Assembly (NCBI GenBank): GCA_963705905.1 | Contig: OY970123.1 | Coordinates: 839,921-903,920, forward strand | Length of the DNA stretch: 64,000 bases | Direction: 5' to 3' | From: an uncultured Chloroflexia bacterium | GTDB taxonomy: Bacteria > Chloroflexota > Dehalococcoidia > GIF9 > UBA5629 | Part shown: positions 1 through 12,087 of the stretch, in pieces | Layout of the letters: the number at the start of each line of letters is the position of its first letter | How positions within the stretch are numbered: position 1 is the stretch's first letter | The notes under the pieces: model-generated | Told to the model about the DNA's origin: nothing | Databases searched by the model: none | Seen by the model: only the letters and a program-made list of their open reading frames with translations | Position numbers and translations under genes: made by a program

Positions 1-4
1 GGCC

Positions 5-988
5 TCACGAGAACAACCGCCTTGGGTTATCGACCGTCATGATCTGTATTTGCCGGTCGCTAATACCGGCCTTCTTCAGGGCCGGGATTATGTTGCGGAA
101 AATATTAGTGAACGACCAATTGACGAACAATTTAACGTCCTCGGCCGGTATCGACCCACCGCGTCCGAACGCGCACGCGATGAAGTCCTGCGACATCAGG
201 ATGTGGTCTGCATATCCAGCCTGCAACAGGCTGATGAGGTTGGCCGTCCTGACTGAGTCCGGCAGAAAATATTCGATACCGAACCTATCGAAAGCAATGT
301 TGACGCCTTTTTTCAGCACTGATAGCTGATAGTCGAGGGAACGATTGCCGCACATATGGCCGCACTGTATTTTGTTGGGATCGGCCCCTTCGGAGAGCAA
401 TATATCCGTCTGCTCGGGTCCCATAGTTCCGTCCTCAGTGTGGGTGATGATTGGCACGCCCGTTTCTTTTTGCGCCCGGGCTGCAGCCTTCAAAGAAGCC
501 ATTTCGCAATCGCTTATTGCATCCAGTCCCGTAGCGACCTTAATGACGCCGGCCTTCACGCCGGAGTTGCCGATACCTTTGGTCAGCTCATGGAGATAGG
601 TGTCGTAAAGCTCAGTCGCCATATCGCCTATTCCGGCGCGCCGGCGCTGCTTTAAATACGCCCATTTGCCCATCTCTTCGGTATACATGCCGGTTGCACA
701 GATTATGTTAATCTGGAGCTTTTCCGATACCTCCTTCATCACCTCGACATCACGGTTCAGGTCATTGGGTGTTGCATCGACTATGGATTTAACTCCGAAC
801 TCCTTCACCGGCATTAATGCCTTGAGGCAAATATTTACGATTTTTTCACGGTTGTAAGGCCTGGAGAGCGCATCACATTCCCAGCCTGAATAGGCGGCGG
901 CAATATGCTCGTGCGCCAGTGTAAGCCCCAGGTCGTCGGGAGAGATCGGCCCCAGAACCGAATTGATTTTAGCCATGCGTTCCTCCAA
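5..988 (-). CDS. phosphotriesterase-family (PTE/Php-like) metal-dependent hydrolase
   Basis: 327-aa ORF; N-terminal HxH metal-binding motif (LAHEHI) and overall pattern of amidohydrolase/phosphotriesterase homology proteins. 84-nt overlap with the ORF called at 905 argues that the neighbour starts later. Confidence 0.6.
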   Translation of the reverse strand: MEERMAKINSVLGPISPDDLGLTLAHEHIAAAYSGWECDALSRPYNREKIVNICLKALMPVKEFGVKSIVDATPNDLNRDVEVMKEVSEKLQINIICATGMYTEEMGKWAYLKQRRRAGIGDMATELYDTYLHELTKGIGNSGVKAGVIKVATGLDAISDCEMASLKAAARAQKETGVPIITHTEDGTMGPEQTDILLSEGADPNKIQCGHMCGNRSLDYQLSVLKKGVNIAFDRFGIEYFLPDSVRTANLISLLQAGYADHILMSQDFIACAFGRGGSIPAEDVKLFVNWSFTNIFRNIIPALKKAGISDRQIQIMTVDNPRRLFS

Positions 989-1084
989 AGTGTTATTGGA
1001 CTCGTTATTATAGCATATGCTCCAGAGTCAGCCCTCTTGGTCGCAAGGGGTAATTCTGATAGACTATACCGCCGGGGACAGGAT

Positions 1085-1783
1085 ATGCCGGAGATTTTAG
1101 CGAGGGGAATCCAGTTCAACTATGAGGAATGGGGGGAGGGTTTCCCGTTAGTACTGCTTCATGGCCTGTCCGACGACCTCAATCTATGGACTCCGCTGGA
1201 GCCTGAATTCTCCGTCAGATACCGTACTATCGCCATAGATATGAGAGGGCACGGGCATTCCGGCAAGCCCGATATACCTTACTCCATTCACCAATTGTCA
1301 GAAGACCTTTTTGCCTTCCTCGAAGAAATGAACATTGCCCGGGCACACCTGATGGGTCTCTCCATGGGAGCTTGCGTAATTCAGCAGTTCGCCCTGGACC
1401 ATCCCGATAAAGCAGCTTCCATCGTACTGCTTTCCGCCTTCGATCATGCCGACCCGCAACTACAGGAAAAGCTGATGAACCTTCGAAACAGCCTTGTTGC
1501 GGGAGGCATACCGGCCTTCTACGACGAAGCGGTTAAACTGGTTGTTACGCCCGAGTTCATAGCTGCCAACGCGGCAGCGATTGCGGACTCGAAGAAATAT
1601 TCCGTCGGTATAAACTCCACCGCAGCCTTAATCCGGGCCGTCGACGCCTGCCTGGAATTCGATATTAGGGACAGGGTCTCGCAGATAAGGGCGCCCCTAC
1701 TCATTATTTCCGGGGCGGAGGACGTATTCAGCCCCAACAACCTAGCCGCGGAGATTCATTTTTCCATACAGGGTTCCACCTAG
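1085..1783 (+). CDS. alpha/beta-fold hydrolase, interrupted by in-frame TAG at 1781-1783; reading frame continues to 1882
   Basis: Starts at an internal ATG (1085) of the 905-1783 ORF to avoid overlap with the divergent gene. HG oxyanion motif (LVLLHGLSDD), nucleophile elbow GLSMG. After the TAG the same frame encodes IIMDGVGHNLITPENVPALTRTALDFLAAHSA, which carries the expected catalytic His. Confidence 0.6.
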   Translation: MPEILARGIQFNYEEWGEGFPLVLLHGLSDDLNLWTPLEPEFSVRYRTIAIDMRGHGHSGKPDIPYSIHQLSEDLFAFLEEMNIARAHLMGLSMGACVIQQFALDHPDKAASIVLLSAFDHADPQLQEKLMNLRNSLVAGGIPAFYDEAVKLVVTPEFIAANAAAIADSKKYSVGINSTAALIRAVDACLEFDIRDRVSQIRAPLLIISGAEDVFSPNNLAAEIHFSIQGST

Positions 1784-1936
1784 ATAATAATGGATGGCGT
1801 CGGGCATAACTTAATTACGCCTGAAAATGTGCCAGCATTGACACGCACAGCTCTGGATTTCCTGGCGGCACATTCAGCATAGGTACTACCCCAGCTATAT
1901 ACAGGCTATGCTTTAAAGCACTTATCCACTTCTCTA

Positions 1937-2845
1937 TCAACTTGATGAGCCAAGCATTGCCATGATTGCGTTTCCGATAAATTCATCCGCCTCAAGCAGG
2001 ATCGAGAGGTGGTTCGTATCTTTTATCGCTCGCACTGTCGATTTCTGCCTGATTTCTTTATCCGCCAGCTCCCCATATTGGAGAACTTTATCAACATCGA
2101 AGAGTTCATCGTTCTCCCCGACGAAAAGGGCAAAAGGCTTATCGATTTTCCTGAATTGCTCCTGAGGATTATCCGGCGTCAGAGCCATAGCCATGTTGCA
2201 GGTTATCGATTTAATCAATAAAGGCTGTGCCTCGAGGACATCTTCGGGATAGTTAAAAAAAACGGCCTGGGTATTGCCGTACTGGGCACCAAGCGAAGCC
2301 CCGTATTTCATGAATACCTCGATATCCACCCTGGCAAAAGGTGTTGTATTTCCCTGTCTTGCCGTGCCAGATTTGTAACCGAACTCAGGCGACACAAATA
2401 CATATCCGGCTATATCCGGGTTCTTTTTCCAGCTAATATAATTAAGGACAAGGCCCCCACCCGATGAGTGCCCTCCCAGGTACAGCGGCAATTGCGGAGC
2501 GTCAGCCTGCACGAAGTCGCAGAAGAGTTGTACATCTTTCCATACCTGGTCGACTGTGGGTGAATCTCCCCGCGGCCCGTCAGAATTCCCGTGCCCCCGT
2601 ATATCCAGCAGGTAAACCGATATGTTGTATTTTGCGCCCAGTCCCTTTGCCAGGTTCTGATAGCCTGCGCCGCTGTAAGCCCCACCTCCATGCAGGAAGA
2701 CCAGTGATGCAACAGGAGTACCCACCCTGGTTGCGTAATAAGCCAGGTTTATTCCATCCGACGCTTTGATAAAGGAGGGAGTCCCTATATCGATTTTTCC
2801 GACATTTGCGATTTCGTCAAAGGAAAATGAATCACCGTTTTTCAT
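1937..2845 (-). CDS. alpha/beta hydrolase (lysophospholipase / monoacylglycerol-lipase-like, S33 type)
   Basis: 302-aa ORF; FLHGGGAYSG oxyanion region, GHSSGGG nucleophile elbow, acidic and His residues in the C-terminal part. Confidence 0.65.
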   Translation of the reverse strand: MKNGDSFSFDEIANVGKIDIGTPSFIKASDGINLAYYATRVGTPVASLVFLHGGGAYSGAGYQNLAKGLGAKYNISVYLLDIRGHGNSDGPRGDSPTVDQVWKDVQLFCDFVQADAPQLPLYLGGHSSGGGLVLNYISWKKNPDIAGYVFVSPEFGYKSGTARQGNTTPFARVDIEVFMKYGASLGAQYGNTQAVFFNYPEDVLEAQPLLIKSITCNMAMALTPDNPQEQFRKIDKPFALFVGENDELFDVDKVLQYGELADKEIRQKSTVRAIKDTNHLSILLEADEFIGNAIMAMLGSSS

Positions 2846-3082
2846 ACTATCTTGTCAACTGACCTGACCATAATAACCTTAATAGAACAAGTTATCCAGT
2901 CCACTTAATCGTAGCCCGCATATTGGGTTAAAACACCATTAAAAGCAGGTTAAAATCCTATTAATTTTTATGTCCGCGGGCATTACAAATATATAAAATC
3001 GTTCAAATTGGTCCGGTCTGAAGCTGCACCAATTTTGACGCATGCTCAAAATTTTATCCATAATTCTAATAGAGGTCGCGGG

Positions 3083-3355
3083 ATGATCAACACACAGTTA
3101 TCTCAGAAATTCGAGGTGGGTCAGCGGGTGCGCATTTTTTCCGTCAAAGACGACCGGAGCAAACCCAAATATCCGGCATGGGAGCAACATGTCGATTTGC
3201 AGGGCATCGTAACCGGGGCCTACCATTCCCGCTACGGGCCCTTGATTGTGGATGGCTCCATAGGATGCGACTATGTCCGTTTTTATAATGTCGCTTTTGA
3301 CGGCAATTTCACTATCGGCGTACCCGAGGAAATGTTGGAAGCCGTACGAATTTAA
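3083..3355 (+). CDS. hypothetical small protein
   Basis: Internal ATG (MINTQLSQKF...) of ORF 3008-3355 in a moderately GC-rich intergenic stretch; no recognisable motif. Confidence 0.3.
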   Translation: MINTQLSQKFEVGQRVRIFSVKDDRSKPKYPAWEQHVDLQGIVTGAYHSRYGPLIVDGSIGCDYVRFYNVAFDGNFTIGVPEEMLEAVRI

Positions 3356-3373
3356 TTTGAAAGGGGTGCAATC

Positions 3374-3673
3374 GTGGCGAAACTATTGAAAGAGGACGCA
3401 AAAAAGTTTCTTGAAGATGTGCCTGGTGACTGCGTATTCCGCTGTCAGGACGGAAGCGTTTTTAGAAACATGAGAGAGCTGCGAGACGGCCTGTCTATCA
3501 TGTCGGAAGAGACTTATCTATTCCATGCCAATGCCGATAAGAACGACTTCAGTGCGTGGGTCATAGACATCATCACTGACCAGAAGCTGGCTCTTGATCT
3601 TCAGAAGGCGACTTCAGCGGATGATGCAACCAGGCGCGTGGGTACCAGATTTGCCGGTTTGAGAAGAAAGTAG
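3374..3673 (+). CDS. hypothetical protein
   Basis: 99-aa ORF with GTG start preceded by aaagggg RBS; no recognisable domain. Confidence 0.35.
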   Translation: MAKLLKEDAKKFLEDVPGDCVFRCQDGSVFRNMRELRDGLSIMSEETYLFHANADKNDFSAWVIDIITDQKLALDLQKATSADDATRRVGTRFAGLRRK

Positions 3674-3857
3674 CCGGACAATAGCCGTTTAATTGGTTAT
3701 GGTCCCGGATAGACCAGCAAGTCAGCGTATATCTAACTGTCATTTACCCTTGAACAAAGGCCAGCGCTCAAAACCAGGAAATTAAAAGTAAAATATTAAT
3801 AAGTTTTTAATAATTAACGAGTAAAATTTGTTCAAGTGATTTTCCAAGGAGAAATAC

Positions 3858-4379
3858 GTGGTCAAAAAAGTACCTGATTATATTTTTGTTTTTCTGGTAT
3901 CCCTAACACTGGTCATAGTTATTATAATGTCGGCAGGCTGTAGCACGGGTACCTCTCAGACGACCTCTCAACCGGCCTCGTCGGGAGCCACATCCAACCA
4001 GCCGCCTTCCGGACAGGCAAATCAGCAGGGTAGGACTGCAAGAAATCCCAATTTCATAAATAATCTTCTGGCAAAAGTAGCTGACAAGTTGGGAGTTTCA
4101 GTTGACGCCGTAACACAGGCATACCAGAGTGCACGAGCCACGACGATACCGCCATCTCCACCATCGGTACCTTCGCAGAATGGACAATCTGTTACACCGC
4201 CGGGACAGGGGTCTCCCGGGCACTCGTCAAGTTCAGAAAACAGGACAGCTTCCAGAGCTGCACTTTTTAACAAGATGTCCGTATCTCTCAACATTCCGGT
4301 GGATCAAATTTCGGCAGCCTGGCAGGCAGCAATGACGGAACTGAGGGCCAGCAACGGTAGTACAGGTTCCACACATTAG
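3858..4379 (+). CDS. lipoprotein with Ser/Thr/Pro/Gln-rich low-complexity region
   Basis: GTG start after ccaaggag RBS; signal peptide with lipobox (IIMSAGC); AT-rich promoter region upstream (3700-3850). Confidence 0.5.
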   Translation: MVKKVPDYIFVFLVSLTLVIVIIMSAGCSTGTSQTTSQPASSGATSNQPPSGQANQQGRTARNPNFINNLLAKVADKLGVSVDAVTQAYQSARATTIPPSPPSVPSQNGQSVTPPGQGSPGHSSSSENRTASRAALFNKMSVSLNIPVDQISAAWQAAMTELRASNGSTGSTH

Positions 4380-4393
4380 CATTTTCTGCGGCC

Positions 4394-4927
4394 TTATCCG
4401 GCTTTGTCTTCAAGGTCTACTTGCAGTGCAACCAGTATTCTGCTGACCATCCCGTAGTAGCCTATGGTAGTCGTCAATTCTACGATGGCATGATCGCTGA
4501 AGTATTGCTTGAGCGTCGCGAAGGTCTTATCTTTCACCTTTATATTTTGTGCAACCTCGTCCGTATATTGCAGTACGGCACGCTCTTTTTCATCGAACTC
4601 TTTTGAGCCGGACCATTTTGCCAGACCATCGATTTGCTTCTGCCTGACCCCGCATAACAACCCTATGGCAATATGCTGGTGTACCTCGTATTTAGACTGC
4701 GCCAGAAGGCCCGTGCGGATAATTGCCAGCTCTCTTATGGCGGCGGGAACTTCCTCTCCCGTAAGGATCGAATTACCCAGGCGCAAAAAATTCAGCCCGA
4801 TATGGGGACAATTTGCCATAACCTTAAACACGTTGAGGACGGTCTGACCCCGTCCCTCCATGTGCTGAAAGGCCTCTCTAATCTTTGGATCGGCCTGCTC
4901 TTTCTCTACATAACCTACTCTCGCCAT
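4394..4927 (-). CDS. carboxymuconolactone decarboxylase family protein (AhpD-like)
   Basis: 177-aa ORF with a CMD/AhpD-like all-helical pattern; assignment from memory of the family. Confidence 0.5.
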   Translation of the reverse strand: MARVGYVEKEQADPKIREAFQHMEGRGQTVLNVFKVMANCPHIGLNFLRLGNSILTGEEVPAAIRELAIIRTGLLAQSKYEVHQHIAIGLLCGVRQKQIDGLAKWSGSKEFDEKERAVLQYTDEVAQNIKVKDKTFATLKQYFSDHAIVELTTTIGYYGMVSRILVALQVDLEDKAG

Positions 4928-4966
4928 TGCTTCTCCTCCATTTAGTATAATCAGTTCCTTCGGGTC

Positions 4967-5725
4967 CTAAAATATCGACAGGCCTCCATCGACGGAAAGC
5001 GTCTGGCCCGTAACATATGCGGCCTCGTCGGATGCCAGGAATAATACTGCCCTGGCCACTTCCTCCGCCTTCCCATGCCGCTTCATCGGCACCCTCGTTT
5101 CAACGTTTTTAATACGGCGTTCGTTCATTACCGGCGCAACCATGGGAGTATCGATAAAACCGGGGGCCACGCAGTTTACCCTGATGTTGTCCTTTGCCAG
5201 GCTAACAGCCAGTGACTTGGTTAAAGCAACAACGCCAGCCTTGGAAACCGAGTATGCAAAGATAGGATGAGCAAAGAATGCTGCCATCGATGCGTTGTTA
5301 ACTATTGCTCCCCCGCCAACCTTTTTCATCTCGGGAGCAGCATACTTGGACATAAATAAGGCACTTTTGAGGTTTACACCCATAACTAAGTCCCACTCTG
5401 CCTCCGTTACCTTGAGGCCGGTGCCGCCTGAGCCAATGCCAACATTATTAAACAGGATGTCCAGTCTGCCATATTTAGCAATTGTGGATTCCACGGCTTT
5501 TTTCGCTTCCGCCTCCCTGGCAACATCGGCCTGTAAAGCTATACACTCTCCGCCGTTCTCCTCGATTATTCTGAAGGTTTCCTGCGCTGCGGCCAGATTC
5601 AGATCGACGGCAACTACCTTCGCTCCCTCTTTCGCAAACGCTATGGCCGCCGCTTTACCGTTTCCCATTCCAACTCTTATCGAACCAGCTCCGGAAACTA
5701 TAACTACCCTGTCTTTAAACCTCAT
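4967..5725 (-). CDS. short-chain dehydrogenase/reductase (3-oxoacyl-ACP reductase-like)
   Basis: 252 aa; Rossmann motif VVIVSGAGSIRVGMG, NNVG motif, catalytic YSVSK, PG motif. Confidence 0.8.
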   Translation of the reverse strand: MRFKDRVVIVSGAGSIRVGMGNGKAAAIAFAKEGAKVVAVDLNLAAAQETFRIIEENGGECIALQADVAREAEAKKAVESTIAKYGRLDILFNNVGIGSGGTGLKVTEAEWDLVMGVNLKSALFMSKYAAPEMKKVGGGAIVNNASMAAFFAHPIFAYSVSKAGVVALTKSLAVSLAKDNIRVNCVAPGFIDTPMVAPVMNERRIKNVETRVPMKRHGKAEEVARAVLFLASDEAAYVTGQTLSVDGGLSIF

Positions 5726-5984
5726 TTACGTGCTCCTGATTTTTATTTTCTGACAAACTAACGAAAGACGAAGTTATTTTTTCGTCCTGCACGCCAATTT
5801 GCAATGCAGTACGTATTATACAGGCCATCGCATAAAACCGCAGCTATCCAGGCCAGCAAAAATAAACTTATGCCTTAACGCCAAGAGACGGATCTGGTGG
5901 AGATAGATTCAAGCATCCACATTGCGCCGTCACGCTGATTATTATCCGCAGGCGCCAGGGGCTTATTGACACTCAGTTGAAGAG

Positions 5985-8222
<2,238 letters not shown>

Positions 8223-8359
8223 TTAATTAATTTTAACGGACTCCGATTGATTTTGGTAACAGTGGGAGACTACTTAAACTTTTCTGATAACTTTTCATAT
8301 AATCATCCCCCTCTTCACCTCCCCAAATGCTGATTCACAATCAACCCGATTTTTGATTT

Positions 8360-8435
8360 TGGTGGAGATAGGGGGATTCGAACCCCCGACCTCTGCGATG
8401 CGAACGCAGCGCTCTCCCAATTGAGCTATATCCCC
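8360..8435 (-). tRNA. tRNA-Ala (anticodon CGC)
   Basis: Reverse complement GGGGATATAGCTCAATTGGGAGAGCGCTGCGTTCGCATCGCAGAGGTCGGGGGTTCGAATCCCCCTATCTCCACCA; G3:U70 pair, anticodon loop TTCGCAT, TPsiC arm GGTTCGAATCC, encoded CCA. Confidence 0.85.
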
Positions 8436-8485
8436 GGAAAGGTTTTTATACTAACAAAGGCCTCTGGATAGTGTCAAGGTTTCTG

Positions 8486-8541
8486 CTATAAAAAAGCCCG
8501 CCGTTTTTATCGCCGAAACTTATAGACCGGACGATAAAACA
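8486..8541 (-). terminator. rho-independent terminator candidate downstream of RRM gene
   Basis: 12-bp stem gcccgccgtttt / aaaacagcgggc (1 mismatch) followed on the minus strand by a T-run (plus-strand aaaaaa at 8483-8488). Confidence 0.4.
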
Positions 8542-8579
8542 GCGGGCAATTCTATCGTTTTAATTTCAATTAAGCGACT

Positions 8580-8891
8580 TCAGCGTCTGCGCTGCGGCTT
8601 ACGTTTGCCGATAAACCTGCCGTCCGACCTTCCGCCGCCCCTGCTATCGGTACGGGGCCTGGCCTCGCTGATATCCAGCGTGCGCTCCTTGAGCATTTTA
8701 CCTTTCAGGCCGGTTATGGCCGCCTGACCTTCTTCTTTGTTGGCCATTTCCACAAAAGCAAAGCCCCTGGGCTGGCCGCTGAATTTATCCTTTATCAGGG
8801 CCACGGATGTCACTTCGCCGAAAGCAGCGAATTCAGCTTTCAGGTCTTCTTCAGTCACATCGCGTGCCAGATTTCCCACAAAAATATTCAT
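8580..8891 (-). CDS. RRM-type RNA-binding protein with Gly/Arg-rich tail
   Basis: MNIFVGNL (RNP2) and RGFAFVEM (RNP1) motifs; start moved to the internal ATG preceded by a ggagg RBS. Confidence 0.8.
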   Translation of the reverse strand: MNIFVGNLARDVTEEDLKAEFAAFGEVTSVALIKDKFSGQPRGFAFVEMANKEEGQAAITGLKGKMLKERTLDISEARPRTDSRGGGRSDGRFIGKRKPQRRR

Positions 8892-8992
8892 TTGTATTCC
8901 TCCAATAAGTAATGAAGACAAAGTAATACCGTCTGCCGGCATGCCTATTATTCGATACGGGCTCCGGCCCGTATCGAACAGTACGAAGGATT

Positions 8993-9289
8993 TTAGCGTG
9001 ATTTATTGGGACGGGTTTTGGCATAACAGGTCGCGCAGTAAACGGGCCTGTCATCGCGGGGCTCAAAGGGGACTTCAGTGGCCTGTCCGCATTCAGCGCA
9101 GACGGCCGCGGTCATTTTGCGGGGTCCTCGGCTGCTGCCGCCGTCCATGCGCCTGGCCTGGCGGCAGGTGGGGCAGCGTTTAGGTTCGTTGGTGTAACCC
9201 TTGGACGCGAAGAACTCCTGTTCCTTGGCAGTGAATGTAAAACTATTCCCGCATTCGGAGCATTTGATGTCTTTATCCTGGAAACTCAC
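8993..9289 (-). CDS. double zinc-ribbon protein
   Basis: Two CxxC...CxxC units (CSECG...CPTCR and CAECG...CATC); co-directional with the RRM gene. Confidence 0.5.
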   Translation of the reverse strand: MSFQDKDIKCSECGNSFTFTAKEQEFFASKGYTNEPKRCPTCRQARRMDGGSSRGPRKMTAAVCAECGQATEVPFEPRDDRPVYCATCYAKTRPNKSR

Positions 9290-9467
9290 CGGATAACCTC
9301 CTACGTGTTAGTTGGTTAGAGCTACGGTCATCCAGCGTTTGAGAAAATAGCGAATATTTTAACTTAATACCCGATAACCTTAAAACTTCAACCACCAGTT
9401 TCAAGTATACGGTAAAAAAAGCCCTTTGTAAAAAATTTGGCCTCTATTAACGCCTTTATGAAGGCGG

Positions 9468-10166
9468 TCAGGCAGCTTCGAGGATGATCCTGGCGTCGAC
9501 TGCCATCGCCCCGTCCTTGTAAGCAAATACGGGGTTGAGATCAAGCTCTTTAATCTCAGGGTTCTTCTCGACAAAGTCCGACACTTTCAGGATCAGGTTC
9601 TCGAGGAAAGGAATGTCGGCCGGCTCCTGCCCCCTGAAGCCTTTGAGGACGGGGAACCCTTTTATCTCGGTTATCATCTCTGCAGCGTCGCGCTTTTCCA
9701 GCGGTACAATACGGAAGGATACATCCTTCAATACCTCGACCAGGATGCCGCCCAGACCGAACATGATGACGGGTCCGAACTGTGCGTCCTTGGTCATGCC
9801 GATGATGATCTCCAGCCCCTGCCGGGCCATCTTCTGGACCGTGACACCGACTATCTTAGCTTTACGGTCGTGCTTCGTCACGTTGGCCAAAATCTCGCTG
9901 TAAGCCTTGCCAGCCTGCGTGGCATTCTGGATCCCCAGCTTGACCCCACCGACGTCGCTCTTATGGCTGATATCCGGTGAAACTATCTTCATGACGACGG
10001 GGAAACCCATCTTAGCCGCCAGCTCTACAGCCTCTTTTTTGGATGTCGCCAGCCTGGTCTCGACCACCGGGATTTTAGCTGCCTTTAATAAGTCTTTGGA
10101 TTCGATTTCGGTGAGCAGCGTCCGTTTCTCACGCCTGGCCGCTTGTATAATTTCGGCTTTTGACAT
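9468..10166 (-). CDS. ATP-grasp protein resembling acetate--CoA ligase (ADP-forming) beta subunit
   Basis: 232 aa; pattern TEIESKDLLKAAKIPVV ... FPVVMKIVSPDISHKSDVGGV ... LDLNPV typical of ACD-beta / succinyl-CoA-synthetase-beta ATP-grasp domains. Confidence 0.55.
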   Translation of the reverse strand: MSKAEIIQAARREKRTLLTEIESKDLLKAAKIPVVETRLATSKKEAVELAAKMGFPVVMKIVSPDISHKSDVGGVKLGIQNATQAGKAYSEILANVTKHDRKAKIVGVTVQKMARQGLEIIIGMTKDAQFGPVIMFGLGGILVEVLKDVSFRIVPLEKRDAAEMITEIKGFPVLKGFRGQEPADIPFLENLILKVSDFVEKNPEIKELDLNPVFAYKDGAMAVDARIILEAA

Positions 10167-10305
10167 AATACTTCTCCTTGTATATGGTGGTATGTATGAA
10201 TATGGAACCAGTGGAAATTTGCTACATTTTAGCCAATCTGTATACCGATTGCAAAATATCAGCGTTACATTATATCATTACTTGTTTTGATTAGAGGGTC
10301 AATCA

Positions 10306-10905
10306 ATGGTTGCCGATAAGGCTCAGAATATATCATTGCTCTGCATCGCAGGCAGCCCGCGCCGCGGGGGCAATACCGACAGGCTACTCGATGAAGCCGT
10401 GAAGGGCGCCGCCTCCAAAGGGGCACGTGTCAAACATATAACTCTTAACGACCTGGAGATAGCCGCCTGCCAGCACTGCGACGGCTGCATCCAGACCGGG
10501 GGTATCTGTGCCATAGCGGACGACATGCAGTGGCTGCTGGCCGACCTCAGGGAATTCGACCGTTTCATACTTGCCTCACCTGTATTCTTTATGGGGGTTA
10601 CCGCTCAAACCAAGGCCATGATCGACCGCTGCCAGGCGCTCTGGGTCATCAAATACCTCCTTAAATTGCCTGTCGGCCTGAAAAAGGATGTGGAGCGCAA
10701 AGGAGCATTCATTTCGGTGGGCGGACGCAGTCACGATAACCTGTTCGACGGTTCCATCGCCACGGTGAAAAGCTGGTACAACGTGCTCGACGCCGAATAT
10801 AGCGGAGAGTTGCTGGTCAGGGGCATAGACCATTTCAACGACATAGAAGCCAATCCCGCTGCGATCAGGGAGGCATACGCCCTGGGGCAACGGATCGTAA
10901 GCTAA
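10306..10905 (+). CDS. iron-sulfur flavoprotein / NADPH-dependent FMN reductase family
   Basis: Flavodoxin-like start LLCIAGSPRRGGNT plus compact Cys cluster CQHCDGCIQTGGIC, as in Isf-type proteins. Confidence 0.55.
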   Translation: MVADKAQNISLLCIAGSPRRGGNTDRLLDEAVKGAASKGARVKHITLNDLEIAACQHCDGCIQTGGICAIADDMQWLLADLREFDRFILASPVFFMGVTAQTKAMIDRCQALWVIKYLLKLPVGLKKDVERKGAFISVGGRSHDNLFDGSIATVKSWYNVLDAEYSGELLVRGIDHFNDIEANPAAIREAYALGQRIVS

Positions 10906-10928
10906 ATATAGTCCTCAAGGAGGGACCG

Positions 10929-12072
10929 ATGGATTTCTATCTGAGTGAAGAACAGAAAATGTTCCAGGCGATGGTGCGCGATTTCGCTAACAACGTGGTC
11001 AAGCCCGAGGCCAACAAAATCGACGAGGAAGGCAAGTTCCCGGCGGAGATATTTAAAAAAGCGGCCGAACTGGGGATTTTCGGCATAACCATCGACGAGA
11101 AATACGGCGGCAGCGGCGGGGACTATCTTTCCATGACCATATGCTGCGAAGAGCTTTCCCGCGCCTCGGCGGCCATGGGCACAATCTTCCTGGCCGATCT
11201 CTCACTGGCCTGTTACCCGATCTACAAGTTCGGCAATGACGAACAGAAAAAGAAATTCGTAACGCCGGTAGCCAAAGGCGAGAAACTCTGCTGCTTCGCT
11301 CTGACCGAGCCGGGCGCCGGCAGCGACGCAGCCGCCCTGCAGACTACGGCTACACGCGAAGGCGACTATTTCGTACTTAACGGAAACAAGATTTTTATTA
11401 CCAACGGGGACGAAGCTGCCGTCACAGTGGTTTTTGCGACTGAGGATAAATCTAAAGGCCACAAAGGGCATTTCGGCCTTCATAGTGGAAAAAGGAACAC
11501 CCGGATACTCCGTCGGCAAGCTGGAACATAAGATGGGCATACACGGCTCCTCGACAGCCGAGCTGGTCTTTGAAAACTGCAAAATACCCAAGTCAAACCT
11601 GCTGGGTGAACCCGGCAAAGGAATACGGTATGCGCTGGAATCGATCGATTCCAGCCGCGTCACGGTGGCCGCCCAGGCGCTGGGCATCGCCCAGGCCGCT
11701 TTCGACGATGCTCTGGCTTATGCGCAGACCCGCGTCCAGTTCGGCAAGCCCCTCTGTCAGCACCAGGCCATCCAGTGGATGCTGGCCGATATGGCGACAC
11801 AGATAGATGCTGCCCGCATGATGGTTTACCGCGCCGCCTGGCTTAAGGACAGGGGAGTGCATTTCATGAAGGAAGCCGCCATGGCCAAGCTCTTCGCCGG
11901 CGAGGTTTCGTCTTTCGTGACCAATAAGGCCGTTCAGATACACGGCGGCTACGGCTACTGCAGGGACTATCCAGTGGAACGCTACCTGCGGGACGCCAAG
12001 ATAACCGAGATCTACGAAGGGACTTCCGAAATGCAGCGCATGACCATTGCCAGGGCGCTGACCAGCCAGTAG
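10929..12072 (+). CDS. acyl-CoA dehydrogenase, apparent +1 frameshift in a GGG run near 11466
   Basis: ORFs 10929-11531 and 11434-12072 together cover a complete ACAD. The junction reads KSKGHKG / [23 protein letters not shown] in two frames; one extra g in aaagggcat explains it. Confidence 0.8.
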
Positions 12073-12087
12073 ATAGTAGAGGCTGGA

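Noticed and set aside
1781-1783. Pyrrolysine or other amber recoding as the explanation for the in-frame TAG
   Set aside because: A single instance in the window, no Pyl genes or suppressor tRNA seen here, and the assembly shows other sequence errors; kept only as a low-probability alternative in the corresponding finding
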